A stretch of DNA of 63,068 bases, filler included, from Rhabdomonas costata (lineage: Eukaryota): NCBI GenBank assembly GCA_019059605.1. It is 57 parts of 57 records of this genome, joined end to end, with 100 filler letters (N's around TTAATTAATTAA, not from the genome) between each part and the next. Parts side by side here need not be neighbours in the genome. Positions count along the whole stretch, not along the records: positions 48,769 to 49,776 come from JAHMHO010033876.1; positions 49,877 to 50,885 come from JAHMHO010033877.1; positions 50,986 to 51,993 come from JAHMHO010033878.1; positions 52,094 to 53,101 come from JAHMHO010033879.1; positions 53,202 to 54,209 come from JAHMHO010033880.1; positions 54,310 to 55,317 come from JAHMHO010033881.1; positions 55,418 to 56,425 come from JAHMHO010033882.1; positions 56,526 to 57,532 come from JAHMHO010033883.1; 49 more parts are not named here. One strand, 5' to 3'. The notes beneath the pieces were generated by a model that worked only from the letters and a program-made list of their open reading frames with translations, made no database searches and had not been told where the DNA came from. The position numbers were made by a program, and so were the translations under genes. This document shows positions 49,461 to 62,617 of the stretch, piece after piece (the stretch's first letter is position 1; every line of letters begins with the position of its first letter).

Positions 49461-49724
49461 TCAGGGCCAAGGCCCTTTTCCCTGATCTTGACTAGGGCTT
49501 GCAGCCGGGCCGGGCGGCTCTCTGCGCGGTCGCAGGTCTCCGCAGTCCTGGTACTCCCAGACGTGCCGGGGCACCCGCAAGATCCCACTCTGGGAAAGGT
49601 GGTCAACCTCCAGGAAGGCCAGCGGTGGTTGCCCAGCTTGGCAGTGCTGAACTATCTCGGTGAGCAGGCCAGATGGTGGCAACTCTGCAGAAGTCTCGAC
49701 TTGCCCGTTGTTCAGGCACCACAC
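49461..49724 (-). CDS. Probable terminal exon of an unknown protein
   Basis: gacag|GTG acceptor, open GC-rich frame VWCLNNGQVETSAELPP...LAFLEVDHLSQSGILRVPRHVWEY...*. Confidence 0.4.
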   Translation of the reverse strand: MWCLNNGQVETSAELPPSGLLTEIVQHCQAGQPPLAFLEVDHLSQSGILRVPRHVWEYQDCGDLRPRREPPGPAASPSQDQGKGPWP

Positions 49725-52700
49725 CTGTCGCAGTGCCTGGAATTAATGCGGTTAAATTGTCAATTGACCCAAACCCNNNNNNNNNNNNNNNNNNNNNNNN
49801 NNNNNNNNNNNNNNNNNNNNTTAATTAATTAANNNNNNNNNNNNNNNNNNNNNNNNNNNNNNNNNNNNNNNNNNNNTTGCCTTCGTACTGTTTGGCTGTT
49901 GCTGTGCTTGCCTGGCTTCCACGCACAAGCCGGGAATAGGGGATTGCTGTGCCCGCCTGGCTTCTACGCACAAGCCGGGAATAGGGGAAAGCTGTGAAAG
50001 GCCAAAGGGCAAACCCACACCCCCTTAGAAGGGGCGAAGCCAAAGCACACCAAAGGCATCAGGCAGTCGAAAGCACACCCACCACGCGGAAGGGCAGCCC
50101 ACTCGCAGGCAGTTTGCCGAGAGGGTTGGTTTTGGAGTCAAAGCTAGCGCGCCCTCGCAGCCCCGCCACCCAAGCAGGAAGAGAAAGCACCACAACCTTC
50201 AGGTCAACGAAAAAAAGCGGGAGTCGCGAAGGACCCCGCCAGCGCCGCGAAAGGCGGCCAAGTGTAATCAAAGCCAGGAACTTGGTGTATGCCAAGGCCC
50301 CGGCAGCGCCCACCGCGCGTCACAGGCGTTCGGAAAGCGGTGAGCCCCAAGCCGGGTCTGCAGTCCTTTGAACCCAACGGGAAAGGTAAGTGGCCAGGCA
50401 GAAGAACACCTACACAGAGGCTCGCAAGACGAAAGTGACAGGTTTTAAGAAAACCAAAAATGCACAGAGCCGCGCGGGAAGGGAAGCGTTATAAACGAAA
50501 TCAAAACGAGCAATCAAGGGAGCCGCAAGTCACAAAGGCGGAAACGAAAAACGTGGAAGCAAAGCGGACAGACGTGCGCGCGACGCAGCACCACGGGGCA
50601 CCACCTACGGTTCAACAGCAGGCTGTTGAACCAAAGCGAATTCTAAGAGAGGAACTTCTTGGAGCACTGGCACCTCAGGCTTCTTCGCTTCAAAGAAGGT
50701 CTCCAGAAATCTTTGCCTGCGATGCGACAACTCCGAACGCGCCTTCGACGGATCTGACTTCCCAAAAGTACCATCAGCTGAAGAGGTCCTCGCGAGCTCA
50801 GACTGATTCTCGCACTGTCCTCCTGTCGCCTTGTGATCGGTTGGTAGAGCACTCAGAAACGGGTCCGTGAAAGGAACCCAACCACNNNNNNNNNNNNNNN
50901 NNNNNNNNNNNNNNNNNNNNNNNNNNNNNTTAATTAATTAANNNNNNNNNNNNNNNNNNNNNNNNNNNNNNNNNNNNNNNNNNNNTATATTTCCTTCCTA
51001 TGGAATATATCAGTTGCACTGAGTTATGACTAGACTGTTGAGGTTCACTTGACTTTGCCTGTGGCTGCTATCTTCCACTACACACTCAGTTACAGCTGTT
51101 CGGAAGGCGTGTCTTCAACCCTACTTCTGTAATATTGCCTTACAAATTTGCTCAACCAAGAACACGTTATATATTATCAACGCGCTGAAAGCCACCTGTT
51201 TCTACGTTGCCCACAACGTTCACACCAAGTGGTGTGGCTCAGGAACTTTGGTTTGGTTTTCTGGAAGAAAGAATCCCAAGGCACGAAAACCTGGTCACTT
51301 GGTGACCTACTGATGACAGTTCCGCCCAAAGCGCCAACTGCATACTGGATGGCGACAGCGACGTGAATCTTCCACTGATCTTTGCAAATCTGAAACTCTA
51401 CTGTCAACAGCAATACATGATTCTTGTTCCATTTGTATTTGGTGGTCTGCGTGTTTTTGTTGCAACTTGCGAAAGGTTCCTATTGCGAAAACTTCTCGGT
51501 TTTGCCAAATCTCCTCCCACTGATTCTGGAGATCGCGCTCGGAGAACGGCGCCTGAGTTTGCAGCATTTCACGCGGCATGTTCCGCATGGCTTGGAAATG
51601 AATAACATTGATTGTTGTATGATGTTTGTATGCAATCTTAGCGTAATTGAAACATGCACGTGTGGTCTGTTTGCAGGACCGCCCATACCACAAATTAGGG
51701 CGCATACTGCCACGATTGAGTCGGACCATGTTTGGTGTAACCGGTGCCGGTGCCGTTTTCCACAGTTTTTATGACGGGGGCTAAGCAAACTATAAGTTTG
51801 AAAAGTTTCTACTAGTTTGGCAAAGATGCCAATTTGCGGAAGAACCCATGCAAATAACTCATTGCAACTGTAAAGAGGCTACAACGTAATGACGTTCTGT
51901 TACACACCGTCTATCCGAAGAGCCTCTTGCTTGCATTATATCTGTCTATCCGACGAGATATGATTGCTTTGACAGGCAGTCTGTCAAAAAAAANNNNNNN
52001 NNNNNNNNNNNNNNNNNNNNNNNNNNNNNNNNNNNNNTTAATTAATTAANNNNNNNNNNNNNNNNNNNNNNNNNNNNNNNNNNNNNNNNNNNNGCTGAGA
52101 GGATACCCCGCTTCCCAAGGCACCCCATGAAGCGGAGAGGTTGGCCTTGAAGTGCGGCCGCCGAGGTTGGCTTCGGGGAGATTCCCATTCGTCAAACTGT
52201 GAAGCCAGCAGCAGCAAATCAAGAACATCCTAGTACATGTGACTCTTCACGAGTATTATCGATGGATCAGCAAATGCCATACGAATCAAGAAAATTGGAC
52301 CCGACACTTCTCACCGCTCAAGGACGAAGGCGGTTGCCTTTGCAGTTTGTGGAGAACTTCTCTTACAAGTCCAAGCTGCATCCATCCACATTCGGAAAAA
52401 AAAATGGTTGGAAATGACAATCATTGCACACAATACACACAGATTCGTTACCGTGGACCGGCCGTCCGTGTTCAGATGTGAGCCAGATGCTTGGGAAAGT
52501 GGCGGTGAGCTTGTGGGGAACGGGAATTCAGCAGGCTGGGTACCAAAGGACGCCCGGGCGAAAAACGACGGGGGTGACCACGAGGGAAGCCGCGGGGACG
52601 AAGGCATGGGGTTTGGGGCGCTCGCCCGACGATGGGCAGTCGGTTGTAAAGCGTTTGGACGCGCTGGCGCTGTGCTGGACGGTCGGAGTTCATGGTAATC

Positions 52701-54500
52701 TTTTGGCGAATCAGTTTCCGGATAAGGATAAATCAGCCGTCTAATATCCAAGGAGATGTGGTTAGGTCCAACCTTTCGGTGTTGATCACCTGCAAAGCAA
52801 ATCGCAGATGCAAAAAAGTTAATTTCCACCACTTCAGAAAGTGTCAGCCTTGGAGGAAGTGATGAACTTGAAGCGCCGAGGTACCCAAGGGGTGTTGTTT
52901 CGGGTAATCAAAGATTGACAAAGGAAAACCTTTGTTTGACGAGCATCGCGGAGGGAATATATTTGCATGCTGAAGGTTTTTTCTCTTCAAACCAGTCCAG
53001 TTCTTCTTCCAGGATTCGGCACGTTTCATAACCTCGGCTCTGCAAAAACGCAATAAAATAACATTTACAAATGAGAAATGGAAATCCCGAGTGTTCTTAA
53101 ANNNNNNNNNNNNNNNNNNNNNNNNNNNNNNNNNNNNNNNNNNNNTTAATTAATTAANNNNNNNNNNNNNNNNNNNNNNNNNNNNNNNNNNNNNNNNNNN
53201 NGGGGTTGGTGGAGTGACCCTTCGATGCACACACATGCACACACATCGCAACCCTAACCGTCAGAAGGAAAGTCAATCGGAGAACAAGGATAGGTGGGCG
53301 CAAAATGACGTCTCGGGGCACTCAATGAGATATGGACGCAACCTTCTTTCCAGCTACTCTGCCGCAAAGCTTGCTAAGTTCTACTGGATAACTGGTAGGA
53401 CTGGTAGACATATTCCGGGCTCTTCTCCCAAAGAGCCCACAGGGCACAAGCGACAAACACGCCCACACCTGCGGGGCAGACAGCCCCCCAAATGCGGGGA
53501 CCACCGGGAATAGTTCCTCACCGCCAGGCAGTTCCCGGCGAAAGCCTTGTGGGGCAAGGAGGAAAAAGAGAGGGGGGGACACTCGAAACCCGAAACCCTT
53601 GTGAGAACCGCCAGAGGACTGCCTGTGAACTGCCTTAGCGACTAAACGCGCCCCCACCCCTCTGTTATAACACCAGCGCTGCACCGTCCTGTAGCCAATT
53701 TGACAGGTGAGATCTTCACTGGATGGTTGTGTTGCATCATAATGAATGGAGCCGTTACAGAGCCAGAATTTATGGTAAGTTTTGCGCAATGAAACTGCTG
53801 CAGGCGAAATGTCCCGTATTCTCGATCTCCTCGGGACCACTGCCCAGCTGAATCTCCACGTCATCGTTCGCACAGCGGAGGAATCGCTGCCTTTCAATGA
53901 ACCTTTGCAAATGCTGTTTGTCGTCGCCCCAAACGAGCGAAAGGATCTACAACAGGTCCAAGCGGTTCCCACCGGCTCCTCCTTTCTTCTTTGCTGCGAT
54001 TCTATAGCCGTTGCTCGGTAGCCAGCACGTGAGCGGACAAACGCTGCCACTGCAGTGGAGTTCGCAATGGCGGACTTTGTAAAAGGCGATGGGACGACGG
54101 CAAAATGAGTCACGGAAACCGCCCAGAGCAACACTGAAGCCAGCAAAGTGCTACCCGAGGGCAGAGAAGGGTCCACCCCATTGCCATTGGGTCTGCGGGG
54201 TGCGCCGGANNNNNNNNNNNNNNNNNNNNNNNNNNNNNNNNNNNNNNNNNNNNTTAATTAATTAANNNNNNNNNNNNNNNNNNNNNNNNNNNNNNNNNNN
54301 NNNNNNNNNTAACCGCTGAGGCCTGCAGGTGCATATTTTTTTTTTTACGGCCCGAAGCCTTTTGGTTGCCTTTGCTTCTGGCGAAAAGACCGCGCGGGGG
54401 GAGGGTGCCTTATCAGATTGATATCCTCCTCTGCGATTTTTTTCTGCGTCACGTGACTTTGTTCGTCTGTGTGTGTGTCAGTGAGAGTTCTGGAGGGCAA

Positions 54501-54875
54501 ATGGCCCCGAGCGTGGTTCGCTCCTTGTATCGATCACTTCTTCGGATTGCCGCAAAGTTTGACCAACATCCCGCCTTGAAGGCTGCCGTAACCACGAATC
54601 CTCAATTCGCTGCCTTCGGTCTGCGGGGATTGTATACACCTTGCCATCCCACCTCTCTGCTCGCCCTGGTACGCGCTGCTTTCCGGGATGGTGATTCGGT
54701 CTCCAGCCAGACAGCTGGCTCCTCCACAAAACCTCCTGGGGTGGAAGTGGGCTTCGCCGCCCTCCGATACCTCAACGACCTCCACCAGCGTCACTATCGC
54801 CCCCTCTACCAGTCGCCCACAAGTCCGAAGCACCTTCTGTTGCCCCTTCCCACACTCCACAGCTCAGGTTCTTGA
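54501..54875 (+). CDS. Protein with an N-terminal LYR-like motif
   Basis: MAPSVVRSLYRSLLRIAAKFD...VRAAFR...GFAALRYLN follows the LYR-family pattern. A pyrimidine/GT tract and cag lie about 20 nt upstream of the ATG. Confidence 0.55.
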   Translation: MAPSVVRSLYRSLLRIAAKFDQHPALKAAVTTNPQFAAFGLRGLYTPCHPTSLLALVRAAFRDGDSVSSQTAGSSTKPPGVEVGFAALRYLNDLHQRHYRPLYQSPTSPKHLLLPLPTLHSSGS

Positions 54876-55587
54876 GTTTTCAATCGCCTTGCTTTTGCTT
54901 CAAGAAACATTGGGTTTGGCCTGGACCTGGCCATGACATTTTGAGGCATTGATGTTTGAACAAATTTGAAACCCTGTTATTCCCCTTTGTTGTGCTCGAA
55001 GTGCCTAAGTTTTTGAGCGAGACTTTCTGAACTTGCAAAAAGCGAAACCTGTGAAAGGCTGCGAGGGAGTGCCCACAAAGGCCCCAAAGCATACCAAAGG
55101 GCCAGCCGCCTTGGACGCTGAGGCGGCCTGCACGGGAAGGTAGGAGTCCATAGGAAGCAAATTCGTAATCTCCTTTCGCCCTGAGCAAGAAAAGCAAGAA
55201 TGAAAACAAAAACAAATAAACTAATGAGGTATGAGAGACAAGCCTTTCGTAGGTTTCGCTTTTTGCAAGTTCAGAAAGTCTCGCTCAAAAACTTAGGCAC
55301 TTCGAGCACAACCAACANNNNNNNNNNNNNNNNNNNNNNNNNNNNNNNNNNNNNNNNNNNNTTAATTAATTAANNNNNNNNNNNNNNNNNNNNNNNNNNN
55401 NNNNNNNNNNNNNNNNNTTGTGGTGAGCAGACCAGACACTCTGGCCAACCCCTCTTCCCTTCTGTTGGGTACTCTTTCCTTTCCTTTCCTATACTTTCCT
55501 TCCCTTCTTCTTTCCTTCCCTTCTTCTTTCCTTTCCTTATTGTCGCGGGTTTTACTTTTTTTCATTCTTTGGCTCGTTTTTGCACAG

Positions 55588-55861
55588 CCCGTGGGGCGCC
55601 TGCAGCGTCAGCTGTGGCGGTGGCACCCAGACCCGGACCCGGAAATTCCTGCAAGGCACCTTTTGCGAGCAGACCACCGATGTGCAGTCATGCAATGGGC
55701 AGCGCTGTCCATGCACCCATAGGCAGATCTGCGATTCCCCAGTTTGCCACAACGACTGCGATTGCTGCAAGCTTTTAGGGTTTTTGTGGTGTAACGGAGA
55801 CTACAGCTGCCACTGTAAACGTGTGTGCAACCCACCGGCCTGCCGCACCATTTGTCAGTAA
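55588..55861 (+). CDS. Thrombospondin type-1 repeat plus Cys-rich tail, terminal exon
   Basis: PWGACSVSCGGGTQTRTR...C......QSCN...C. Long pyrimidine tract and cacag acceptor. Confidence 0.9.
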
Positions 55862-56974
55862 ACTGAGGCTGTCTAGGAGGGATGGAGGCATTGCTGCAAT
55901 TCCTTCTTCCGTGTATCAAGTTCATATGGGCTTCATTACGCCTTCTCCTTGCAGTCAGAGGTTTTTTTCCACCTGGAGCCTCGTTCTGACAAATTAGACG
56001 CTCCTCGCTCCAAGCTGGAAAAATCTTGTCTGCTGGGACTCTTATACTTTTTATTTTTGGCTTTGCCTTGTACCTCCCCGCTTTGCTGAAACCTGTGCTT
56101 TCCTGTTGTTGGGTTCGTCCTGATCACCTTGTACCCACCAACTCATAGCCCTGTCCTCTTCACTTATGATGTATTCTGTTTTCACTTGCGGTGCGTTTGT
56201 TACATAAAACTTGCCTTTGGCCTGATGATTTGTATGATTCGTTTGTGCTTGACCCTCTAGGTGAACAACCTGTGTGTGTACAAGCAATTGTCATTGTGCT
56301 TCTGTGTCCTGTATATCACCAATTGTGTGCTTGCTGATTTTCATCTGATGATGAAATTTAGCAAGCACACAATTGGTGATATACAGGACACAGAAGCACA
56401 ATGACAATTGCGTGTACCCACACACNNNNNNNNNNNNNNNNNNNNNNNNNNNNNNNNNNNNNNNNNNNNTTAATTAATTAANNNNNNNNNNNNNNNNNNN
56501 NNNNNNNNNNNNNNNNNNNNNNNNNTCCTGATCGGGGTCAACCTTCAGAGCTCCACCCCAAGCTATGGGGTCGCAGGTACATATGGGAACCAAGGATTTG
56601 ATAACGGCACTGCCGACACACTTCGCAGCGCCACAGTTGAGACGTGTGGTAAGAGGAATGTGAACGTAGGAACCCAATTCTGGTCTTCGAGCCGAGTCTG
56701 GCAATGATTGGTATTGATTGATTGGTATTTGATTGATTGGTATTTGCCTCCAATCCATGATCGAGATCGGCGTGTGGATGGCAGTGCAGTTGCAATACCA
56801 CAGCAAACTATAATCTCTGCCACCCTCCATCTGCCCGTCCGGCAGTGCGTGATCATTTCGAGTTAGCTAGCTCGAGTTGGCTGCGTTCCAACCGGCCCAT
56901 GGAAGTCTGGGATGTCTGGTAGCGTTTGCTATAGGTTCATCTGCTTTCCAACGTTTTTTGTAATGGATTGCCAG

Positions 56975-57225
56975 ACTCGACGATCGAGTCCCCCCCCCCT
57001 GCCATCGCTGCGTGCTCAGTGGCCCGGGTTTGGCCCGTGGGCAGCAGTGGGGTTTCTGGGAGCATGACCTTGGTCTCCAAGGGGCTGCTCAGCACCCCCA
57101 GCCTGTCCGCGATGGCGGTGGACCCGCCCTCGAACGTCGGCTACCTCGCCACCAACTTGCCCTCCGACACCGCCAGCACGGTGTTCAAGTTCTACGTCAC
57201 CCCTCAGCTCTCCGTGTTCGGGAAG
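56975..57225 (+). CDS. Exon of an unknown, probably extracellular beta-rich protein
   Basis: ccag acceptor, GC3-rich ...LSAMAVDPPSNVGYLATN...STVFKFYV..., donor AAG|gtctct. Confidence 0.55.
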
Positions 57226-59879
57226 GTCTCTTTCTTTTGCGCGCGTTTGCCAACTCTCATTCTCGTGCCCAATTAATGCACCTGTGCTCATACGGAGTAT
57301 TTGTTCTGTTGGCTACCGAACCTCGACGTCCAAAGAATCCTCTATTTGTAAAACAAGAAAAACGGTTCCGGGTCCAGAGTTTCTCCCTGCACGATGGATC
57401 TCGTCTTGCTCGCTTGTGCAGTCCCTATAACGCACCCAGCGAGGGAGAAGTGAGGAGTACCGGTGTGGCCAACAGCGCCTGTGTGCCCAGCACACATTCA
57501 CACACAACCTCACTTCTGGTTCCCCAAAAAACNNNNNNNNNNNNNNNNNNNNNNNNNNNNNNNNNNNNNNNNNNNNTTAATTAATTAANNNNNNNNNNNN
57601 NNNNNNNNNNNNNNNNNNNNNNNNNNNNNNNNGTGGTGGGGGGAGTGGCATTAATTTGGCTGGTGTTCTGCTAAGATGAGATGATTTCTCACATCCCCTA
57701 TGACTGACTGACCGCACTGCGCTCCACGCCCAAAGAAGCCAAAGCCGATGCAGAGCTGACCATGTTTTGGACCGCTCCGCGATATATCCATGATATCCTT
57801 GGCATCCTGGAGGGCGGGTACGGTGACCGAAGGTCACCGTTTATGTTTTTTGTGAACCGAACACGAACTTTCTGCACGTGAGCTTGCGAGCAGGTACATT
57901 GGGTGTGGAGGGGGCCACTCGATATGGGACCTACCGTCACCTCGCGGACAGCCCGAGTGCGAAATGGCTGCGTTGGAACAGCTCGTGGCCTGGTATCCCG
58001 TCTGTGGTGTCCGCAAGTTCCGAGGGGCTTTCCCTCGCCCACAGCTCCAGCGGGATGTGCTACCTGTTGTTTCGCTGCTTTTACCTTGCCTCACTTAACA
58101 GATCAAACTGTCCTTTGTCTTCCACCCCACAAACACTTTGTGCTGCACCCGCACCTTATGAAGATCGTTGTGCTTTGCTGGGCTTGTTGTTGGTGCACTG
58201 CGTTTGTCAAGGGCCTGTTTTATCGTCAGTCAGTCAGTCGTCAGTACCGGCAGACTGCAGTCACGGCTTCATGTAAGGTTCAACATCTGCAATGATGAAC
58301 TGTCCCTTTGTTCTGCATTTGCTTTGTGGAGGTCTGATTTGAAATGTAACTGGTGGAAAGCGTGATCAGTTCCTGCATTGTAGGGTTCCAACCTTCGAGA
58401 TGCGGGTACTTGCCGGTTAGTAGTGAGATACAATGTTTTGCAGTTCTGTGGGACCGGACGACGTTGAAGAGGTAATTTTTCTTTCCTCCTGATAACTGCG
58501 TTTGCCCATTTAGCTGCCCATGCGTTCGATGTTGTTTATGGGGCTAAATTCTGGTAATTCGTCTTTTCGGCTGTATCGTCCATTTTTCGCCGGGAATTCA
58601 TCGTTTTCAGCATGGTAGTGCTTGCTCAAAAAACAAANNNNNNNNNNNNNNNNNNNNNNNNNNNNNNNNNNNNNNNNNNNNTTAATTAATTAANNNNNNN
58701 NNNNNNNNNNNNNNNNNNNNNNNNNNNNNNNNNNNNNGTGTTTGTGAAATTTGCCCTTCTCTGAGCACACGCAGTGCTGCAGCCGCTGCCCTTCACTGTT
58801 GTGCCAGGGGTAACAGCTCCTTGGTAGAGATGAGTGCCTCAATCGAACTTATGTCCAGTTCAAGAAGCACAAGAAAGGGTTTTCCGTGAAATCCGGCAGT
58901 GAGAGTTTAGGAAACGCAGCGGGGTCAAAGGCAAGGCCGCTCAAAGGTACCAGTCTGGATTAGACCTGCCTGAACCTCGTTTCCAGCCGTCAGATCACGT
59001 TTTTTTTCCTTTCCTGCTGTCTACCGGCACGTCCCGATTAAATTGGGATGCGCGCAAAAGAAAAAGCACGCAGAATTGGCCCTCCCTGGGCTTGGCTTGC
59101 GAAAGAATTTCCGCTGCAGGTACGAAGCAAGGGGTGACTTGCGCCCCCCCACCCCCACCCCACCCGCTCAATCGGAGTTGTGACTGCCCGAAATCCTGAT
59201 CTGTTCTTAGTGGGGGTCGATTTTGTCTCGAAACGGCGCCCCATAGAATTTGCGACGCCCGGCCGACGACAACCTCAGGATATCCCGCCGGTTTGTGTCC
59301 CATATCCGCTCATCGTCTTGGCAGGCGTTCTTCCCCCTGAGCCGTCGTCCCTGCCCGAAGCAGTCTCTCAGAGGTCCCCCCGGCAGTGATCTCGAGGATG
59401 AACTATGCATTGAACCCTAACAAACTATTGATGAACCCTCAACACTCATCCTCTGGCTCCGCCCAAGTGCTCGCGTAGACATTGACTGCTTTCTTCCCCA
59501 TCTTTTGGAAGATAAAGTCCATCGACTTCTTGCAAAGCACGACGGCATGACCTGGTCGGAGAAAGTGCCGTGCACTTCGTTTTGTAGTCTGTGGGATCTT
59601 TTGAAAGCGAGATTGCTGGTCAAGCTTTTTCCAACTTTGATGAGATCTTCGTTTCGGAACGAATAGGTTCACCGAATTGAGGGTGGACGTGACATTGTTG
59701 AAGCGATGATGATCCAGCAAGTTGGAAAAAGCTTGACCACCAAAANNNNNNNNNNNNNNNNNNNNNNNNNNNNNNNNNNNNNNNNNNNNTTAATTAATTA
59801 ANNNNNNNNNNNNNNNNNNNNNNNNNNNNNNNNNNNNNNNNNNNNGTTGTGGGGGAAGATATGCAGCACCCCTGCCTCA

Positions 59880-60193
59880 AAGGCTTCAGAGTCTGCCTGA
59901 AGCACCGTGAAGCAGGGGTGCTGCATATCTTCCCGCACAGCCCACCCCGAAGCCCTCAGCACAGCCTTCACCTCGGCAGCGGTAGGGGTGAGCTCCACCA
60001 CTCGCACGACCGCAGGAAGCGGTGTTTGCAGGCAGTGTGCAAAGCTGGAGAAGCATTCCTCTGTCGGAAGCACCGCGGAAAGCTGCGCACGGTAGTAGGC
60101 CTGAAAGTGCTCGCTAAGCGGGGGACCGCTTGCGGACCGCCGTCCCCGCACTCGCCGAGGCTTTCTCGGAGCAGAGTTCCCGCCTTCTGTCAT
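59880..60193 (-). CDS. NSUN2/Trm4-like RNA m5C methyltransferase, N-terminus
   Basis: HFQAYYRAQL...EECFSSFAHCLQTPLPAVVRV matches the NSUN2/Trm4 N-terminal motif F..YY..Q......W..F...L..PLP..FR. Confidence 0.75.
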
Positions 60194-61412
60194 TTAATCG
60201 TTCAAAAGTCCCACAGCGCTGTGCAGGACGACCCCCCACAAGACCACCAATGGGAAGACTGACGCTGCGGGAACATGCTTCGCGACAACGGCAACCCCGG
60301 CAAAAGACGAAATGGCCAAAATGGACAGATATATGGAAGCAAGTCTTCAAGCTTGCTGTTGGGCATTAACTTCAACACCATTCATTTTGTTTGAAGATTC
60401 GTTTTCGGCGGTTTCGACGGAGTTCACCCAACCAGCGATAAGGGTTCAGTTGGGCATCGGCAACCCTTTTGCCTAAATGGGAAAGTACGCAGCAACTCAG
60501 GTGGAAGGCAAACACAAGTTCACGCCAAATCAATCCACACTATCACGTCGCCGTAGGGCCACACAAAGAAGACAGTCCCAAGGCCGCGCATAAAGGTCCC
60601 ATTGTTGCATCCCAGCAATTACAGGATGTATCGATCAGAGGGAAGCCGGTACCTATGCGAGGAAACATTCGGACTGGGTCCAAAAATATGCAAAAACCAT
60701 ACGCGCATGTTTTTGTATTCTCGTGCAATCCTTCTTTTCTCGTTCATATCATCATTGCTCAAGCACACATCTCGCAGTGTACATTTTCAGGTTCTTTTAG
60801 AGGCCTGCTGTACTTGCAGATGTGGTCCCCCAATAGAAGGCCTCTAAAACAANNNNNNNNNNNNNNNNNNNNNNNNNNNNNNNNNNNNNNNNNNNNTTAA
60901 TTAATTAANNNNNNNNNNNNNNNNNNNNNNNNNNNNNNNNNNNNNNNNNNNNGTGTTTGTCACCCTAACACCCTTTATTTTCCCATTGTGGGGTGTAATG
61001 ACAGGCCGGTGCGGTTGAAGGCACCTCTTGGGGGATGAGTTTCGGTGTATTGCTGGACACAATCATGTCCCAGGGAACAACATTCAACTGCGAGATTGTC
61101 AGTAGTAGTTACAATTACTACGGCCCCCAAGTGTCAGTGAGCCCACCTGCGCTTTTGTCTCCTTTGGCAGTCCGGAAACCTCGGTGGACGCTTGCTTGAC
61201 CTGAAGTTGGCTGTTTGCAAATAGGCTCGCAGAGGGAAGTTGAGCTGATGTGGAAACCACATGTTGATGTCATCCAAAAAACACACGCGGCGTTTGGGTT
61301 GCACGGTATGCATCAAGCAAACAGTTTCGGCCGCTTTGCTCGTTCCTTGCTGGCATGCCGAAGGCGTTTGGGGGGTGGGGCAGTGGAGAGGGCTGTGGTG
61401 GGAAGGGTCCAC

Positions 61413-61575
61413 CCAGTGGGAAGGGAGGATCCCGGTGGGGCTAGGTCGGGCCCGAACTGGGCCTTGGCTCGAGCAGCCGCATTGGCGGGCTTGATGATCG
61501 GGCAGGTGGCCTGGCTGACCTGCAGGTTCCGACCCAGGAAGCTGGTGCCGTTGAAGCGAAGCGCGAGGTAGGCCC
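61413..61575 (-). CDS. RRM protein exon (SREK1/SRSF11-like RRM C-terminal end); not in the ORF track
   Basis: tag|GG GCC...: AYLALRFNGTSFLGRNLQVSQATCPIIKP matches the RRM end AL..NG..F..R.L.V......I.KP. Confidence 0.7.
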
Positions 61576-62212
61576 CTAGGAAGAACGGGAAGAAGGGTCC
61601 ATGGGATGGGTTAGAGCCGGCGACAATAAATGAAGAGAAAATAGCAATGGCAACAGAGAGAAACGCAGCAACAGGCTTCCGTCAGCAGAGCCAAGCAACA
61701 GCGTGACAATCCGCAACTCCAAAATAGTCAACCTCACACGCTCGTCCCCAGCACTATTTTGCGCTGATATATCTGGTGAAGGTTTGAACATGCCAGTCTT
61801 TCTATTTTTCAACGCCCCCTAAATCCGAGCATTATTTTGTTATCTTCTCTCCGATGAATGGCAAACGCATTGTGTCGATGATGCCACACAAAATGCAACG
61901 AATCCACACGTACTCACATATTCCGTCCTCTGGTTGGCATCTTCATACTATTTCGACCTCNNNNNNNNNNNNNNNNNNNNNNNNNNNNNNNNNNNNNNNN
62001 NNNNTTAATTAATTAANNNNNNNNNNNNNNNNNNNNNNNNNNNNNNNNNNNNNNNNNNNNGGGGTGTGTGCATGTGTGTACACATCTTATTCTGCCCGAT
62101 TCTCAGCGAAACTGTGCTCTTTTTCTTTACCGAAGCATCGGACCCTTTACTACTTGTATTTTTTCTGCAAAAAAGCTAGAAAAAGGAGAAAGGAGATCTC
62201 TAGCCATTAAGA

Positions 62213-62617
62213 ATGAACCGGTCGACTGCCCCACACTGCGGGGCCTACACCCGGGCTCGCCCCGCTCCTCTGGTGCTGTGGAGCCCCACCCACCAGCACC
62301 CCGCTGTAATGCACAACGGGCTGCCTCATTCTCACTGCGAAACCGGCGCGGAGCAGGCGGTGGACTTCCCCGACACCACCGCGCTGCCCCTTCGTCGGAT
62401 TTACGTCCGCGAGGTTCCACGCCCGGCATCGTCGTCCTCACCGCAACTGCGATGGCGGCAGCTGAGGTCCCCCTGCAAGGGGGGAACAGCGGAGCCCAGC
62501 AGGCTGTGGGGTGCGCTTTCCAAGCTGTTAGCGGGGTTGCCGGAGAGGCTGGACAGCCCGGCCCGGAAGCTGCTAGGGGTGCTGGATTCCCTGTTCCCCG
62601 GGAGGCGTAGGGCGTAA
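62213..62617 (+). CDS. Hypothetical protein
   Basis: GC-rich 134-aa ORF with no recognised motif. Confidence 0.3.
   Translation: MNRSTAPHCGAYTRARPAPLVLWSPTHQHPAVMHNGLPHSHCETGAEQAVDFPDTTALPLRRIYVREVPRPASSSSPQLRWRQLRSPCKGGTAEPSRLWGALSKLLAGLPERLDSPARKLLGVLDSLFPGRRRA

Noticed and set aside
53322..54176. 284-aa minus-strand ORF
   Set aside because: No codon bias or motif. The opposite strand looks more protein-like but contains stops and cannot be assigned.
1010..62060. Regularly spaced TTAATTAATTAA palindromes as a biological repeat array
   Set aside because: N-padded, identical and with stops in all six frames. This is an assembly concatenation linker.
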